NCBI GenBank assembly: GCA_964016885.1 | Contig: OZ024758.1 | Span: 32,302,001-32,366,000, forward strand | DNA length: 64,000 nucleotides | Direction: 5' to 3' | From: Eledone cirrhosa | Taxonomy: Eukaryota | In this document: one piece after another, positions 1-13,634 of the stretch | Numbering within the stretch: the first letter of the stretch is position 1 | How the letters are laid out: each line of letters opens with the position of its first letter | Made by a program: the position numbers and the translations under genes | The notes under the pieces: model-generated | The model's input: only the letters and a program-made list of their open reading frames with translations | The model's database searches: none | What the model was told of the DNA's origin: nothing

Positions 1-905
1 AGTAGCTAGAGTCAGAACGGGATGGAAAAAGTTCAGAGAGCTTATATCACTATTGGCCGCTAAAGGGTTCTCTCTAAAAATGAAAGGCAGGCTGTATGAT
101 GCCTGCATACGAACAGTAATGTTACATGGCAGTGAGACCTGGGCATTGTGTGCAGAGGATATACGCAGACTAGAGAGGAACAAAGCTTGCATGCTCCGCT
201 GGATGTGTAATAGTAATATACGTGAACGGCAAAGCATAAACGAACTAAGGGAGAAATTAGGAATAAGAGGGATCAGATGCTGTTTACTCGAGAGAAGACT
301 ACGTTGGTACGGTCACGTGATGCGCATGAAAGACGATAGCTGTATAAAAAAGTGCAGGGCGATAAAAAATAGACGGTAGCCACGGAGTAGGCAGACCCAG
401 AAAAACCTGGGATGACTTGATAAATTCCGACCTCACACACTTACACCTCTCCAAGACAATGTCACTGGACCGAGATCTTTGGCGCTACACAGTAATACAG
501 AAGACCCGCCTTGCCTAAGTACAAAGCAAAACCTACAGTCAGTAGGCCCCTCTAACAAAAATACACCCCCGTCCCACTACCCCCACCCTATCCACACCAC
601 CCCTTTCAATGTAAAGTTATGTTGGTGCCACAACATCCAGGCCGAAACAAATGAGGCCGTGTAGGTGTCACGACAAAAAAAACACACAGTCCACACTGTA
701 ATGTGGCCGTGTAGGTAACACGGTAAAAACCTCCCAGTCCACACTGTAAATGTGGTTGGTGTTAGGAAGGGCATCCAGTCGTAGAAAACCCACCAGACAG
801 TCCTATACGAACAAGACAACCAATCTTGCCTCAAGTGGGAAAATTCACGTCCAAACCCATGCTAGCGTAGAAGATGGACGTTAAACGATGATGATGATGG
901 TGATG
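1..905 (+). mobile_element. RTE-clade LINE, 3' portion with (ATG)n tail
   Basis: ORF 53-379 (MLHGSETW...RRLRWYGHVMRM) and the 3' UTR are closely similar to 26038-26950. Confidence 0.9.
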
Positions 906-969
906 GTATGTTTATTTAAAAACATTTTGAAAGCCTTTCACTATGAATTCTAAGGTACCAACGAACCGT

Positions 970-2770
970 TTAACGTCCATTTTTCCATGCTAGCATGCGT
1001 TAGATGAGTTGTCCTGTTGTGGGCTATGCCAGGTCAGGTGACCATGTCTTGCCCATCAGAACTGATTTTGGTTTGGTTTCTACAGTTGGATGCCCTTCCT
1101 AGCGCCAACATCATTTACAGTGAATACTGAATGCTTTTTGTCATGACACCTACATAAGGACTTTACAGTGTGAAGTGGGTGCTTTTTGTCGTGACACTTA
1201 CACAACGACTTTACAGTGTTGGCTGGTCAATTTTTGCCATACACAACCATTGTACAGTGTAAACTGGGTGCTTTTTATAGTGACACTTACACGAACACTT
1301 TACAGTGTGGGTTGGGTGCTTTTTGCTGTGTCCCCATCATGATCACTTTACAGTGTGCGCTAGGCACTTTTCATCATGTCACCATCACAACCACTTTACA
1401 GTGTGGGCTGGAGGCTTCACTGGATGTATACTTCAGCTTGTCCTCATGGGAGATGAATGGGTTGGGTGGAGTGGGATGAGGTGGTGCATACTGTATATAT
1501 GCTTTGGTCTGTGCCCGTGGGAAGTTGGGTCTTCTGTATTACAGGGTAACACCAGGCATCTTGGTCCTGTGTCATCGCCTTTAAGAGGTGCAATTGGGCA
1601 AGGTCAGCTTTTAACACCTTATCCCAAGTCTTCCTGGACCTCCCCACACCAAGGTTTTCATCGTTTTTGAGCGCTCTGCACCTTTCTATACAGCTGTCAT
1701 CTTTCATATGCAACACATGTCCATACTAATGCAATCTCCTATCCTGCACACAGCATCTGATTCCTTTTATGGTTAGTTTCTTTCTCAATTCGTTTATGCT
1801 TTGCCCTTCACATATATTACTATTACACATCCATCAGAGCTTGCAGGCTTCATTTCTTTCTAATCTACGCAAGTCTTCTGCACACACCACCCAGGTCTCA
1901 CTACCATGCAACATTGCTGTTCGTATGCACACATCATACAGTCTACCTTTCATTTTGAGGGGAAAGCCTTTTGTACCTAGTAGTGGTAGTAGTTCTCTGT
2001 ACTTCTTCTATCCTGTTCTCATTCTGGCTACTGTACCTTCAGAACACCCACTCCACTCCTAATTCGGTCACCCAGGTAGCATAAACTGTCTACTGTTTCT
2101 ACTGGGCCTTCCTGGAATTTGATAGCACTTGTTTCCTGTGGTTGTTTGCTTCTGGTGCAACTGCTATATGTAAAGCCTACATTTTTAGCTAAACTTCTTG
2201 AGATCCCACATCTCTTGTATACCCATAGTTTGCATTTGGGGCAGAGGATGGAATTTCTACCTACACCTTTCCTACATACTGAACAAGGCCATTTCCCTGA
2301 GAGAATCAGGGTTCTGTTTTCTCTTCTACTTAATACCCTAGTCTTTGTCAGGTTGATTCTAAGACCCCTTGTTTTTAGACCTTGCTTCTATGTTTTGAAT
2401 TTTTTCTTTAGCTTCCATAGATTCTGCTATGAGTGTAAGATCATCTGTGTACAGGAGTTCCCATGGGCAGCTGGTCTCAAACTCCTCTATTATAGCCTGC
2501 AATATGATAATAAACAAGAGAGGGCTAAGAACGAAACCCTGGTGGATAACAACCTGTAAATTCCTCGCTATAGGCATTGTTAATCCTAACTTTGCTGACT
2601 GCTCCCCTTCACAAGCCACTTGTCTACTCCTAGTTTTCTAAGAGCCCACTAGAATATGGCACTGGGCACTTTTTAGAAAACTTTCTCCAGATAAACAAAT
2701 GCCATGTAGAGTGGCTTACTATTAGCTAGGTACTTTTTCCTGTAACTGCTTCACCAGGAAGAGAGCATGT
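970..2770 (-). mobile_element. Degraded RTE LINE (RT C-terminal half, PHD-like segment, 3' UTR with repeated ACTTTACAGTGTG units)
   Basis: Minus ORFs contain HQGFVLSPLLF...WELLYTDDL and MKDDSCIERCRAL; same broad family as 23356-26950. Confidence 0.85.
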
Positions 2771-2859
2771 ATATATACACACATTTATATGTAGACAAAG
2801 ATATAGACATATATTATTTTTTCCTTTAATTGTAATATTCATAAATAACCAGTTCTTAC

Positions 2860-3156
2860 CTGATTTGACATAAGAGTGGAAAGAGAGCGACCAACTTCAT
2901 GGTAATCCATTTCTCCATTATCAGGGCCAAGTAGCACAGATACAAAACGAGTAGGTAAAGGAACCTCAGTAAAGTTTTTAATGATTTGGCCTTCTGAAAG
3001 CCGAACAAAAGCCATTGCAGGTTTTTGTAGGAAGTCAACACATCCAACCATCACTGTTGTAGATTCAGATCCTATTGGTATCCTTTTTAAAATGTCCTGA
3101 ACTCGTCTTTTTTGTAAATCCGGAGATATCAAAGGAATGTGTGCACTTCCAGACTG
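2860..3156 (-). CDS. SLC4A2: Exon of an SLC4 anion exchanger (AE2/AE3-type), end of N-terminal cytoplasmic domain
   Basis: 297-nt phase 0-0 exon bounded by tttctag| and |gtaaga. Translates QSGSAHIPLISPDLQKRR...VMVGCVDFLQKPAMAFVRL...PLPTRFVSVLLGP...DYHEVGRSLSTLMSNQ, matching band-3 family motifs (AE2 VLVGCVEFL..PTMAFVRL, DYHEIGRSISTLMS). Family is secure; the exact paralogue is not. Confidence 0.92.
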
Positions 3157-3234
3157 CTAGAAAAACAAAAAATGGGAAATTGTTATTCTACCATGTAATA
3201 AAACTGACTCATACATAATTTACAGGCTTTAGAG

Positions 3235-3395
3235 CAGGCATGGGCAACCTTTTTTTGAGCAGTGGATTGCATAGGATATGCTTCTTCATAAGGCAGGTCA
3301 CACTACTAAAAACTTCAAGGCAATTTTGAAATTAAATGAGCCATTGAGGTAGCCAACTGGGTGACGGCTCGCAGGCTGTAGTTTGCCCGTGACTG
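3235..3395. mobile_element. hAT (Charlie-like) MITE
   Basis: Ends CAGGCATGGGCAAC...TTTGCCCGTGACTG; imperfect 8-bp TSD CTTTAGAG/CTCTAGTG. Confidence 0.6.
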
Positions 3396-3552
3396 CTCTA
3401 GTGTAATGGTCCCTAAACTTATTTTGTCACAAAACCTTTATATAATTTTATGAAAAAACGCAGAACCTGTAACCATATTTTATGGATAATCCTCACCACT
3501 TTAATTTTATATATATAACTGAATATGGCCTCCAATCTTTTATTAATATGTA

Positions 3553-3729
3553 TCTATATATAACTCTGTGATTGCTTGCTTCTCTGTAATACAGCCAAAA
3601 GGGTGCATAATGGGAAAATACTTTAAAAGGAAGTTGACTCTGAACTGTGAATATAAATGGAATAAAACAAGTTTCGCGTAAATCGGCGTACAGGTTCCCG
3701 AGATATGGGGTTTTACCGGGTACCTTCAT

Positions 3730-3774
<45 letters not shown>

Positions 3775-4055
3775 CATAGAAAGAGGGAGAGGAGACAGAG
3801 AAGAATGGAAGAGAGAGCTGGTGGTGTTGCGTGTGTGTATCTATATGTGTGAGTCTATGACCAGTGTATATAGATCACAGACACCCACATATATATATAC
3901 ATACACACACGTATATATATGGGCCTTCCAGTTTCATTTCACATTATATACATGTCTGTGTATATTTTAATTATTTAAAAATTATTTTTAAGTGAATATG
4001 ATTTTTTAAAAATATTTTGAATTGAACGTGATCCAACGGGCCACGGGTGGTCTAG
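3553..4055 (+). mobile_element. Non-autonomous Helitron-like element, family 1
   Basis: A|TC start; subterminal hairpin CGTGATCC-AAC-GGGCCACG; CTAG|T end. Inverted copies at 11111-11668 and, split, at 9857-11105. Confidence 0.75.
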
Positions 4056-4604
4056 TATATATATTAGTCAGGTGTGTAACTAGTTACAGCAGGTGTGCCA
4101 TTTGAAGCATTCAATGGTATTATGGGGTCTGTCTCATGTTGGGTTATATTCCATGCTAGCATGGAAAAATGGACATAAAACGGTGATAATAATGGTCATG
4201 TGAAGCCTCATGGTTTAGCAGTTAGAACGTTGAGCTTGCAATCGGGAAGTTGTAATTTTGTTTCTTGGACTGGGTGATGCATTTTGTCTTTGAGCAAGAC
4301 ACTTTATTTCACATTGCTCCAGTTTACACAGCTGTAATGAGTTGTGATGTCACTGATGCCAAGCTGTATCAGCCATCACCTTTTTCTTGGACAACATTGG
4401 TAGCATGGAGAAGGGAGACTGTTATGCATGAGCAACTGTTGGTCTTCCATAAACAATATTGCCTGGACTTGTGCTTTGGCGGGGAACTTTCTAGATACAA
4501 ATTCCATAGTCATTCGTGACCGAAAGGGGTCTTTACCTCTTATATATATATGATAATAACAATAAGGAGCAGGAACGTGGTATAAAAAGAGCATTATGTT
4601 TATT

Positions 4605-5222
4605 CAACCCGAGGTTGACTTTGCCTTTCATCCTTACGGGGTCGATAAAATAAAGTACCAGTAATGCACTGGATAATTGCTGGCCTTGTGCCTAAAGTAG
4701 AAACAATTATGTTTATTCAACTGTGACCAGCGTTTCCTGATTGATCAGCTCAAAGTACAATTTATATAAACATGTGAATAAACAATGTTATTTTCATACT
4801 TTATTCCTACTCATTATTATTATTATTATTATTATTAGGGCAGTGGATTGGCAGTATCAGCAGAGCGCCGGACACCATGCTTTGCAGCATAGAGTTATGG
4901 CCCTTTACGCTCTGAGTTCAAATCCTGCCATGGTCAGCTTTGCCTTTCATCCTTACGGGGTTGATAAAATAAAGCACCAGTAATACACTCTCCTCTCCCC
5001 AAATATTTGGCCTCGTGCCTATAGTAGAAATTATTATTATTATTAGGTGGTGGACACCATGCTTTGCAGCATAGAGTTACGCCCCTTTATGAAATGAGTT
5101 CAAATCCTGTTGAGGTTAACTTTGCCTTTCATCCTTACGAGGTCGATAAAATATCACATCAGTAATACACTGGGGTCATTTTAATCAACTTTCCCCTCCC
5201 ACCAAATTGCTGGCCTTGTGCT
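4605..5222 (+). mobile_element. Cluster of three tRNA-derived SINEs with Deu/Nin-like core (SINE family B)
   Basis: Repeated core GCCTTTCATCCTTACGGGGTCGATAAAATAAAGTACCAG, with B-box GAGTTCAAATCC in two copies. Further copies near 11735-12100 (inverted pair), 20430, 20960, 21575, 28565, 34427 and 48355. Confidence 0.8.
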
Positions 5223-6924
5223 TCTCAAGTATACTGACTACGGTGTAATACCAAATGTACAATACCACATTGGCAACCAGACCCACTTAGGCATTGAGTG
5301 CTCAAACTAGTAAACCAATAGCAACTTCAAGTTATACACCAATTGGAGTATATATATACCCACAAATTAACTTTGGCAGGGCTGGAAAATAGAATGTAAA
5401 GAACCAGTATAGATATCACATGCTATTTTGTATGACGATCTAACAATTCTGTTCTGTCACCTGTGTGTTAATGATGGAGCCTTTACATAGCCGCTCAACG
5501 TGATAGAAATACCAAATACCAAATCACACACTGAATAATATGGGCCTTAGGAAAAGGCAGAACAGTTGAGGTTTCATTCTTCATTAATACAGAAACAAAA
5601 AGCTTTCAGGGAGACTACTCCATACACTCCAACAACTCTCAGGGGAGGTAAGTATGGAAATTTATTTTTACATTGAAGGATTTTGTTACACTGAGTTGGG
5701 GAAAAATCTATCTAAGATACACTTTTGTAAGGATATGAAGTATGATAGTAGAACTGTTGTAAAGTTAAAACTTTGGCCATGAATCTGGTAATAAAATTCT
5801 ATCAAGATGAGTATGAAGAAAATATATATATATATAATGATTTGAAATTTATTTGCTTTAATCATGAAAAGCTGTCACAATTCATATATATTACTATAAA
5901 ATAGTTGAAAAGTCATATTATGGCAGCCTCTGTCTTTAAGGGTTTTAGTTGATAATATCGATTGAGTATTTACTTCAGGCTAAAACTTATATGGTTAATC
6001 TGTAATAGTAAAATTATCTTTTATATAAAGGAACACATTTGATGGACAGTTTATTTTTTCATGCTGGTATACACAAACACAGCCGCAATATATACGATGG
6101 GCTTCCGTTCACCAAATTCCACTTGAAAGTCCATGGTCAACCTAAGGCAACATTCCAAAGCTGCTGCACAACAACATATCAAAGCTACTGAATAGTAACA
6201 TTTTGATGTGTTTGGCACCAGTATAATGATTGTGTGACTACATACCTGTGCAACATTGATCAAGGCTGACCTACCTTATTCTAAATAACAACATATTTAA
6301 TTGTTTATTTAATCAATTTAAACGTCCGTATAGAGCTAGTAAGCCATGACAGACTAGGGGAAATATCTAGTTCTTATAATAATAATAATGAAATTATTGT
6401 GTACAGTGCTCAGGTGCAGTGCAGTACAACTCATCAAAGGTGCATGTATAGTACATAGAAAAATGTACACATGTCAGGAAAATGAACAGTCTATGAGTCA
6501 TGATATACATGTGTGCATGATGTCAGCTCAACTGAGCTCCTGAAAAGACTGCTGATTGACGACCTCAAGGATGTATTTCACACAAGACGCATGCGCTGGT
6601 ACAGCCACGTTGAGCACAGTGAGGGGTGGATCAACAAAGTAATAAATGTCAATTCAGGACGCAATAGAGGCCCAGGAAGACCAAAAAGGACTTGAATAGA
6701 AGATGTCCGTCAGGATCAAGCTAGGCTTGGCCTGGCCTGGCCCAAGTGAGACCAGCAGACAGAAACACATGGGGCAGGATGCTAAGGAGCACTGTCAGGC
6801 AAGACTCACCCCTTATCAAGATTGTGTCCTGCATAATCAAAAATTGGATGATGATGATGAAGGCCAAAGGAAAGTAAAATAAGCATAAAAAGTGATAATG
6901 GAAAAATTGGAATACATTTCTTAC

Positions 6925-7177
6925 CATATTATTATCAATATCAACTTTGGTCATTTCCAGCTTGGTATATTCTCCAACAGATGTTTCTGGAAGCTTAGAA
7001 CCACTCATGTCTGACAGTCCTGTAGGAGTATGGACATTGTGTGATGTCTGGTCATGAAGATTTGGTACAGCATTACTACCACGGTGGCCAGCTCGAGTTA
7101 AATTTGTCACAGAACTAGCTGATGTGAAACTGGCTGATGACAATGTTTTCATTAGAGACCTTTCTCGTGTAACATGT
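6925..7177 (-). CDS. SLC4A2: Upstream exon of the same SLC4 gene (Ser-rich variable region)
   Basis: 253-nt exon bounded by ttctttcag| and |gtaaga, phase 2-0, so it joins exon 2860-3156 in frame. Encodes HVTRERSLMKTLSSASFTS...KVDIDNNM; KTLSSAS resembles SLC4 KTVSSAS. Confidence 0.8.
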
Positions 7178-7544
7178 CTGAAAGAATACAAGTGGAAAAT
7201 AAGACAATGTATATATATATTGATGATATATATATATATGTGTGTATAACTGTATGAATATTCGTGCATATGTGTGTGTATATATGTGTGTGTATATATA
7301 TATATATGTATGTATACACACACACATATATATATACTATGTATCTGGTATATAACATATATACCTTATATATATTATAATAGTATATAATATATAATTG
7401 AAAATGATATTGGTAAAGCTACTATAATTTACAATTTAAAATCTCTTCAAATTTATGACTAAAACTTACATGCAGTTTAATGCTCAGCATGCAAAGACAA
7501 TGTAAAATTTATAAATATATATTGATGATGATGATATATATATA

Positions 7545-8267
7545 CAGGCTGAGGACGATATTTGTTCGCAATTTTTTTTACTTCCATTGTCACTCTTGTC
7601 TTCATAAAAACAGTGACTATATTTCCATTATTTGTTTTCAGAATAATTGATTATGAATAATTTTGAACCTCCAAATTTGTGGAATCCTTCTTGGAATCCG
7701 CACCGGGAGGACAAATAAGACCAGAAGATCAACTCCCAGAACAACAGGTGGCTTGCTGTCTCATCCAAAGACGTGCCCAGAGTCATGCAGACAAAGTTTC
7801 CAGCGACAACATTGGTCTTAGGTGTCGTCAGCAGTCAAGGTGACGTCATGCCACTCACTTCTTCCCTGAGGGCCAAGCCTGGCTGTCAGAGAACTTTGTT
7901 GACCACACTTCACCTGACATCATGCTTCTCAGCTCGCCTGACTGCAACCCCCTCAACTTCTTTGTGTGGGGCGCAGTGGAATGAGACACCAACAGATTTA
8001 GCTGCAATACGAAAGATGATCTGAAGGCCAGGATCACAAGTGCCTTTAGGGGCCTAAGTCAGGGGACAGTGACGAAGGCTTGTAGCCGGTTCCGAGGCCA
8101 CCTTGAGGCCGTCATCAAAGCCAATGGCAGGTTTATCGAGTGAGATCGAAAGAACAAGTCATGAAGACAAACTGATCCAAGTTTGATAAATAAATCTTAA
8201 AAAATAAAACTACTGTGTTATTTTTTCCAAGACAGTAATCTTGCGAACAAATATCGTCCACACCCTG
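7545..8267 (+). mobile_element. Internally deleted Tc1/mariner-superfamily DNA transposon
   Basis: TA-flanked TIRs CAGGCTGAGGACGATATTTGTTCGCAA / TTGCGAACAAATATCGTCCACACCCTG. Transposase remnants NSQNNRW, KFPATTLVLGVVS and SSPDCNPLNFFVWGAV. Confidence 0.85.
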
Positions 8268-8420
8268 TATATACATATATACACTTACACACATATATAT
8301 ATATGTATGTATACATATATATGAATGAATATATATATATATATAATTTTGATAGGTTTCAGCCAGTACTGGCCCAGGCCATGTCTAACTTAATAGCACA
8401 ATCTGGCAAATATATATATG

Positions 8421-8481
<61 letters not shown>

Positions 8482-8623
8482 CCAAAGATTAATATGGTTC
8501 GTTGATTATTCAACGAATACAATTTTACAATAGATTAGAAGCACTCGACAAAGGATTTTCCTGGAGTATTTAATATTATTCAAAATGTTAATAAATGAAA
8601 AATATTCTCATAATCAAAATATA

Positions 8624-8686
8624 TATTTTATTATATATATTTCAAAGGTACAATGGTGTTTAAGTATGTTTTCATCAGACAAAATA
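8624..8686 (-). ncRNA. Type I hammerhead ribozyme motif (same family as 44166/44367)
   Basis: Minus strand: TATTTTGT-CTGATGA-AAACATAC...GTACCTTT-GAAA-TATATA-TA^ATAAAATA. Confidence 0.7.
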
Positions 8687-9237
8687 TAAGATTTGATATG
8701 TGACATACCGCTACGGTTTGGATTATTCAATTCCAGTAGTGGCAGTGATTTATTTCACCAACTCTCAACGTTTTTATACCACAAATAACATGATAAATTT
8801 AGAGAAGAAGAGGATGTAGAGCAAGGTAGAAATATAGAAGGGGGATGCAAAGAAGAGGAAAAGGCGAGAGATAAACCAATAAATAAAATAAATAAATATA
8901 TATATACACATACACATACTTATATACAGACATATATAAACATACACATGTGTACGTACACATTTATACATATATTCTTATAAATAATTAACTTTATTTT
9001 AATCAGGACCACATGAATATACTTCTTGATTCCAACTGTAATTAAGTAGATGCTTTAATATGAAAACAATTTTCAAAATATGTATTCTATTGCTTAAATT
9101 AAACAGAAAGAAACATGTTTCATTTTACAAATATCAATTAAATAAGTCACAAAAATCTACTAAATTGACAAAAACTGTACACTTTAACCAATTCTATTTG
9201 TTTATAGATAGGAAAATTTTTTTTTTATTTTCTTAAA

Positions 9238-9443
9238 CCCTTTAGCATTTAAACCAGTTGTATTCAGCCAGAATTCTCTCACCTCTTTCTGTTCAAACTG
9301 GCCATATCCAGCTGTTCATACTGATGTTAAGGTATTGTTCTCAAAATAAATAATATCAAAATCTCATAGATTCTATATTATGTGAGGTAAAACCTTTACT
9401 GTGAAAATATGATAGAAAATAGAGTAATGTAAATACTAAAGGG
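9238..9443. mobile_element. piggyBac-type MITE (further copies 51436-51656 and 52498-52949)
   Basis: TIR CCCTTTAGCATTTA...TAAATACTAAAGGG followed by TTAA; the other two copies have TTAA on both sides. Confidence 0.75.
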
Positions 9444-9599
9444 TTAAATTGGAGCTAGTGAATGTCTTGAAAACTACTAATGCTGCTACTACTACTACTA
9501 CTACTATTATTAGTACTACTACTACTGCTGCTGTTGCTATAGCCACCACAACTACGACTGTGATGATCGAGCTCTGGTGTCACAGATGAGTGGGGAGGG

Positions 9600-9790
9600 T
9601 GATTGGGCTTTGGGCCACTGACACTCAGATGTTGCGGAGAAGCTTGACAATGCGGGGTCCAAGTACACCTGAGGTCTCAACGGTGACTGGCGCAAAGAAG
9701 AAGCTGCTGGATAAACCCCGGTATTTGTTTATTTTACATTCTTCTGTGAGGTGGACTGTGATGCCGGGGTTTGTGGCCAAAGTGAGTAAG
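9600..9790 (-). mobile_element. CRE-like non-LTR retrotransposon 3' fragment (restriction-like endonuclease)
   Basis: KINKYRGLSSSFFFAPVTVETSGVLGP, homologous to 12325-12882. Confidence 0.7.
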
Positions 9791-10384
9791 TTGGAGGTGG
9801 GGAACATGACAAAGGCTAAACTATCAGAGAGCACAGACTGGCTATTGTTATTCTCAACCAGACAATCCGTGATCCGTTGGGTCATGTTCATTTTAAAATA
9901 ATTAACATATACACAGACATGTATATTAATGTAAAATGAAATTAGAAGGCCCATATATATATGTGTGTGTGTGTGGGTGTGTGTATATATTTACACACGC
10001 AGTAGGCACCTTTTAATTCAATGTACACCCCACCACCACACCTACCCCATCCTCCCTCTCCCGTTCCGTCCACTGTGTCGATGACACAACAGTCCACACT
10101 GTAAGGTGGTTGTGAAGGAGACACGGTGAAAAGGCTCCCAGTCCACACTGTAAATGTGGTTGGTGTTAGGAAGGGCATCCAGCTGTAAAAAAACCTGCCA
10201 GAGACGCTTCCGTGAGAGTGAGACATGGTCTCCCAACCATTCCCGCATCAAATGGAATATTACCGTCTAACCCATACTAGCGTGGAAGATGGACGTTAAG
10301 CAATGACGATGATGATGAGATATATATATATATATATATACACAATATATTAATAAATGGAAACTATATTTATAAAACCATAAT

Positions 10385-10448
10385 TATTTTATTATATATT
10401 TCAAGGGCAACCAAGGCAAATTATGGTGCGCTTTCATCAGATAAAATA
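10385..10448 (-). ncRNA. Type I hammerhead ribozyme motif
   Basis: Minus strand: TATTTTAT-CTGATGA-AAGCGCACCA...TGGTTGCCCTT-GAAA-TATA-TA^ATAAAATA. Confidence 0.75.
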
Positions 10449-10549
10449 CAGATTTGTTTTATATATAAATATTGACATACCCGGAAAAAAGACAACCTTA
10501 ACGGTTGAAGTTCGCTGGTATGTCAATATTTATTTATAAAACAAATCTG

Positions 10550-10615
10550 TATTTTATCTGATGAAAGTGTACCATAATTTGCCTTGGTTGCCCTTGAAAT
10601 ATATATAATAAAATA
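10550..10615 (+). ncRNA. Type I hammerhead ribozyme motif
   Basis: TATTTTAT-CTGATGA(10558)-stem II-GAAA(10596)-TATATA-TA^ATAAAATA; perfect 8-bp stem I, palindromic stem III. Confidence 0.78.
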
Positions 10616-11110
10616 ATTATGGTTTTATAAATATAGTTTCCATTTATTAATATATTGAATATTTACTCCACTAGTCTGTTGAGTGCTTTATATCAGTTAT
10701 AACATTTTTAAGCTTGTTGAATCCCAACAAATTAAATATAAACCTCTGCATATATATATATATTGACACATACACACTTAGAAATCCTTTCTATTTAGCA
10801 GGATACAGTAATGCTGTATTCGTTTCTTTGAAGTCACCGGTTGTAATTTCATTCAGCAACACCACCAGCTCTCTCTTTCTCTTCAATTTTCCTTCTCTCT
10901 CCCTCTCTATTTTTTCTCTCATTATTTATAAAGGTACCCCAAAAAACCCATATCCCAGGAACCCGTGATCCGATTTACTTGAAACTTGTTTTATTCCATT
11001 TATATTCCCATTTCAGAGTCAACTTCCTTTCAAAATATTTTCCCATTATGTGCCCTTTTGGCTGTATTGCATTACAGACAAGCAATCAATCACAGAGTTT
11101 TAGTATTATA

Positions 11111-11668
11111 CTAGACCACCCGTGACCCGTTGGGTCACGTTCAATTCAAAATTTTTTTTAAAAATCATGTTCACTTAAAAATAATTTTTGAATAATTAAA
11201 ATATACACAGACATGTATATAATGTGAAATGAAACTGGAAGGCCGATACGTGAGTATATGTATATATATATATATATGTGTGTGTATATATATATGTGGA
11301 GGTCTGTGATCTATATACACTGGTCATAGATACACACACACACACACTCGCATATATATATATATACACAACAACACCACCAGCTCTCTTTCTCTCTTCC
11401 ATTCTCCTTCCTGCCTTCTCTCCTTCTCTCTATATCTCTCTTTCAATCTACTCTCTCACAACCATTATCTCTTTCTCTCTGTTTATGAAGGTACCCGGAA
11501 AAACCCCATATCTCAGGAACCCATGCTTCGATTTATGCAAAACTTGTTTTATTTCATTTGTATCCCCATTTCAGGGTCAACTTCCTTTCAAAGTATTTTC
11601 CCATTATGTACCCTTTTGGCTGTATTACAGTACATACAAGTAATCACAGAGCGTCAGTAGTATATAGA
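11111..11668 (-). mobile_element. Non-autonomous Helitron-like element, family 1
   Basis: Reverse complement of 3553-4055 with perfect hairpin CGTGACCC-GTT-GGGTCACG next to CTAG. Confidence 0.75.
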
Positions 11669-12324
11669 TAGATAATATATTTGACAAAAGCTAAAATATC
11701 AGAGAGCTCAGACTGACGATTGTTATTTTCAATAATTGTTTCTACTTTTGGCACAAAGCCAGCAATTACCCCAGTGCATTACCGGTGCTTTATTTTATCG
11801 GCCCCGTAAGGATGAAAGGCAAAGCTAACCTTGGCGGGATTTGAACTCAGAACATAAAGGGACGTAACACTATGCTGCAAAGCATGGTGTCTGATGCTCT
11901 ACCGTTTCTGCCAATAATGGTGGTGGATTGGCAGTATGAGTAGAGTATGCTTTGCAGCATGGAGTTATGACCCTTTATGTTCTGAGTTCAAATCCGGCTG
12001 AGGTTAACCTTGCTTTTCATCCCTTTGGGGTCGATAAAATAAAGCACCAGTAATACACTGGGATAATTGCTGGCCTTGTGCCAAAAGTAGAAACAATTAT
12101 TCTTGATAATCAAACTTTCTTTTACTTTTTTAAAATTCATTTTTGCTGCCTGTCACAGAAGCTGATCCAACATAATTCATGTGGTTTTGTAAGTTATCTA
12201 ATGATGTAATACATATGTTGTTTTTGGTACTCTGTTGAACTCCGAGGTAAACAGAAATTGAAGGATCCTATGAAAATTCAATTTGTTAGTGTGGATATAA
12301 GTTGTAACGATGAAAGAATGGTAT

Positions 12325-13070
12325 TTAACTAATGTATTGGTACGTGGCGGACAGAATGGAGAAGGCGTTTTCCCGGAGGACGGCAAGGGAGACGCGCTGG
12401 AAAAGCCACCCCAACTCGCCGGGCTCACACCTGCGGCTGGCCAGCTCAGCGCCTATGGTGGTGAGTAAGGAGGTAGCCCTGGGGCCGAGGACACCAGAAG
12501 TTTCCACTGCCAGGGGAACGACCACAAACCTGTTGGAGAGCGACCAGTATTTGAGGAGTTTGGCCCCCTCAGCCCGACGTGCAGCAGAGCCTGGGTCAGT
12601 CGCAGACTCCACCAGGTTGCGGCTGCAGAAAGTATCGGTGCAAGTGGCATCCCAGACGAGGGGTTTGCCATCTGGCCTTTTGCCGTCCCCTCGATCCAGC
12701 CCCACCGGCTCGAGCTGGGAAGGGAAGCCTGCAGCGTCCAAGCCATGCTTAATGACCTCGTTGAGGGCAGTATGGCGTGGAATGCGGCCGGCACTGTGGT
12801 GACAGGAAAGCGGGTGGAGGCCGAAAGAGTCCATGGTGGAACCGCAGTGACATTGGTGTGGCTGGCAGATCCGGAGCCTCAAGGAAACGCCGATTCGCAG
12901 GCTATGGTTGTCTAGCTGCGTGCCAGTGGAGGAGGGCAGAGCATGGAGCCGGGCACCAGTGTGGGGTTTGGAGGCTGCACGAAAACAAGCAAGGCGGTGC
13001 TGGTCGAGCTGGCGCGTGAGCCTGTCTGAGGCCAGGCTGCACTGGATGGCATCCCAAGTGCGTTGGGGGG
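12325..13070 (-). mobile_element. CRE-like non-LTR retrotransposon 3' fragment (zinc knuckle and RLE endonuclease)
   Basis: CHCG...HPLSC...RH..LN...EP.GL...DGKRPDG..VWDAT...AE..K..KY...VPLAVETSG. Confidence 0.85.
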
Positions 13071-13634
13071 ACTTGTTTTTTCTTTTATTCTTTTATTGGT
13101 TTTGGTCATTAGACTGCGACCATGCTGGGGCACTGCCTCAAAAGGATTTAGTTGATCATATCATAACTTTAGTAACATTGAAGTACTTCTCGTTATATTA
13201 TCTGAAAAAGCTCCAATGAGATGTAACCTTGTAGGAAGCAAGCTAAACCTGCATTAGATGTGAAGGGAGAGAGTGAGATGAGAGAGAGGAGGAGGAGAGA
13301 GAAGTTAAGATATCTTGTATTCTATTTAAATCATTCAAAATAATATTCTAGAAAGAAATGAAAGTAATTTTATTCCTGAAGCTAAAGTTTTGTTGATCAT
13401 AGTTTCAGATGAGTTCAGCTGATAATTTTAACACATCTAGTTATGTCTGCATACTATCTAACATGCATTCTTTTACAGCTATACTCTTATTCTAGGACAT
13501 AAGAATACTTAGCAAATTTATTATCTTTATTGGTGTGATAGCCATCAGTTAAGAGACAGTTTTGTCATGTAGTTAACTATTATATAGATCAAAAGAATTA
13601 TTGTTATAATATTTGTAGCCAACTGAAACAAAAT

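Larger units (their letters stand above)
10343..10750. repeat. Head-to-head inverted repeat (arms ~10343-10481 and 10517-10657) of a Penelope pLTR-like element, with a hammerhead in each arm
   Basis: Arms are reverse complements of each other; flanked by (TA)n; same family as 36851-37583. Confidence 0.85.

Noticed and set aside
1130-1410. Regularly spaced ACTTTACAGTGTG...GGTGCTTTTT repeats resembling a CRISPR array
   Set aside because: Tandem units of the RTE 3' UTR; the spacers are homologous to each other, the context is eukaryotic and there are no cas genes.
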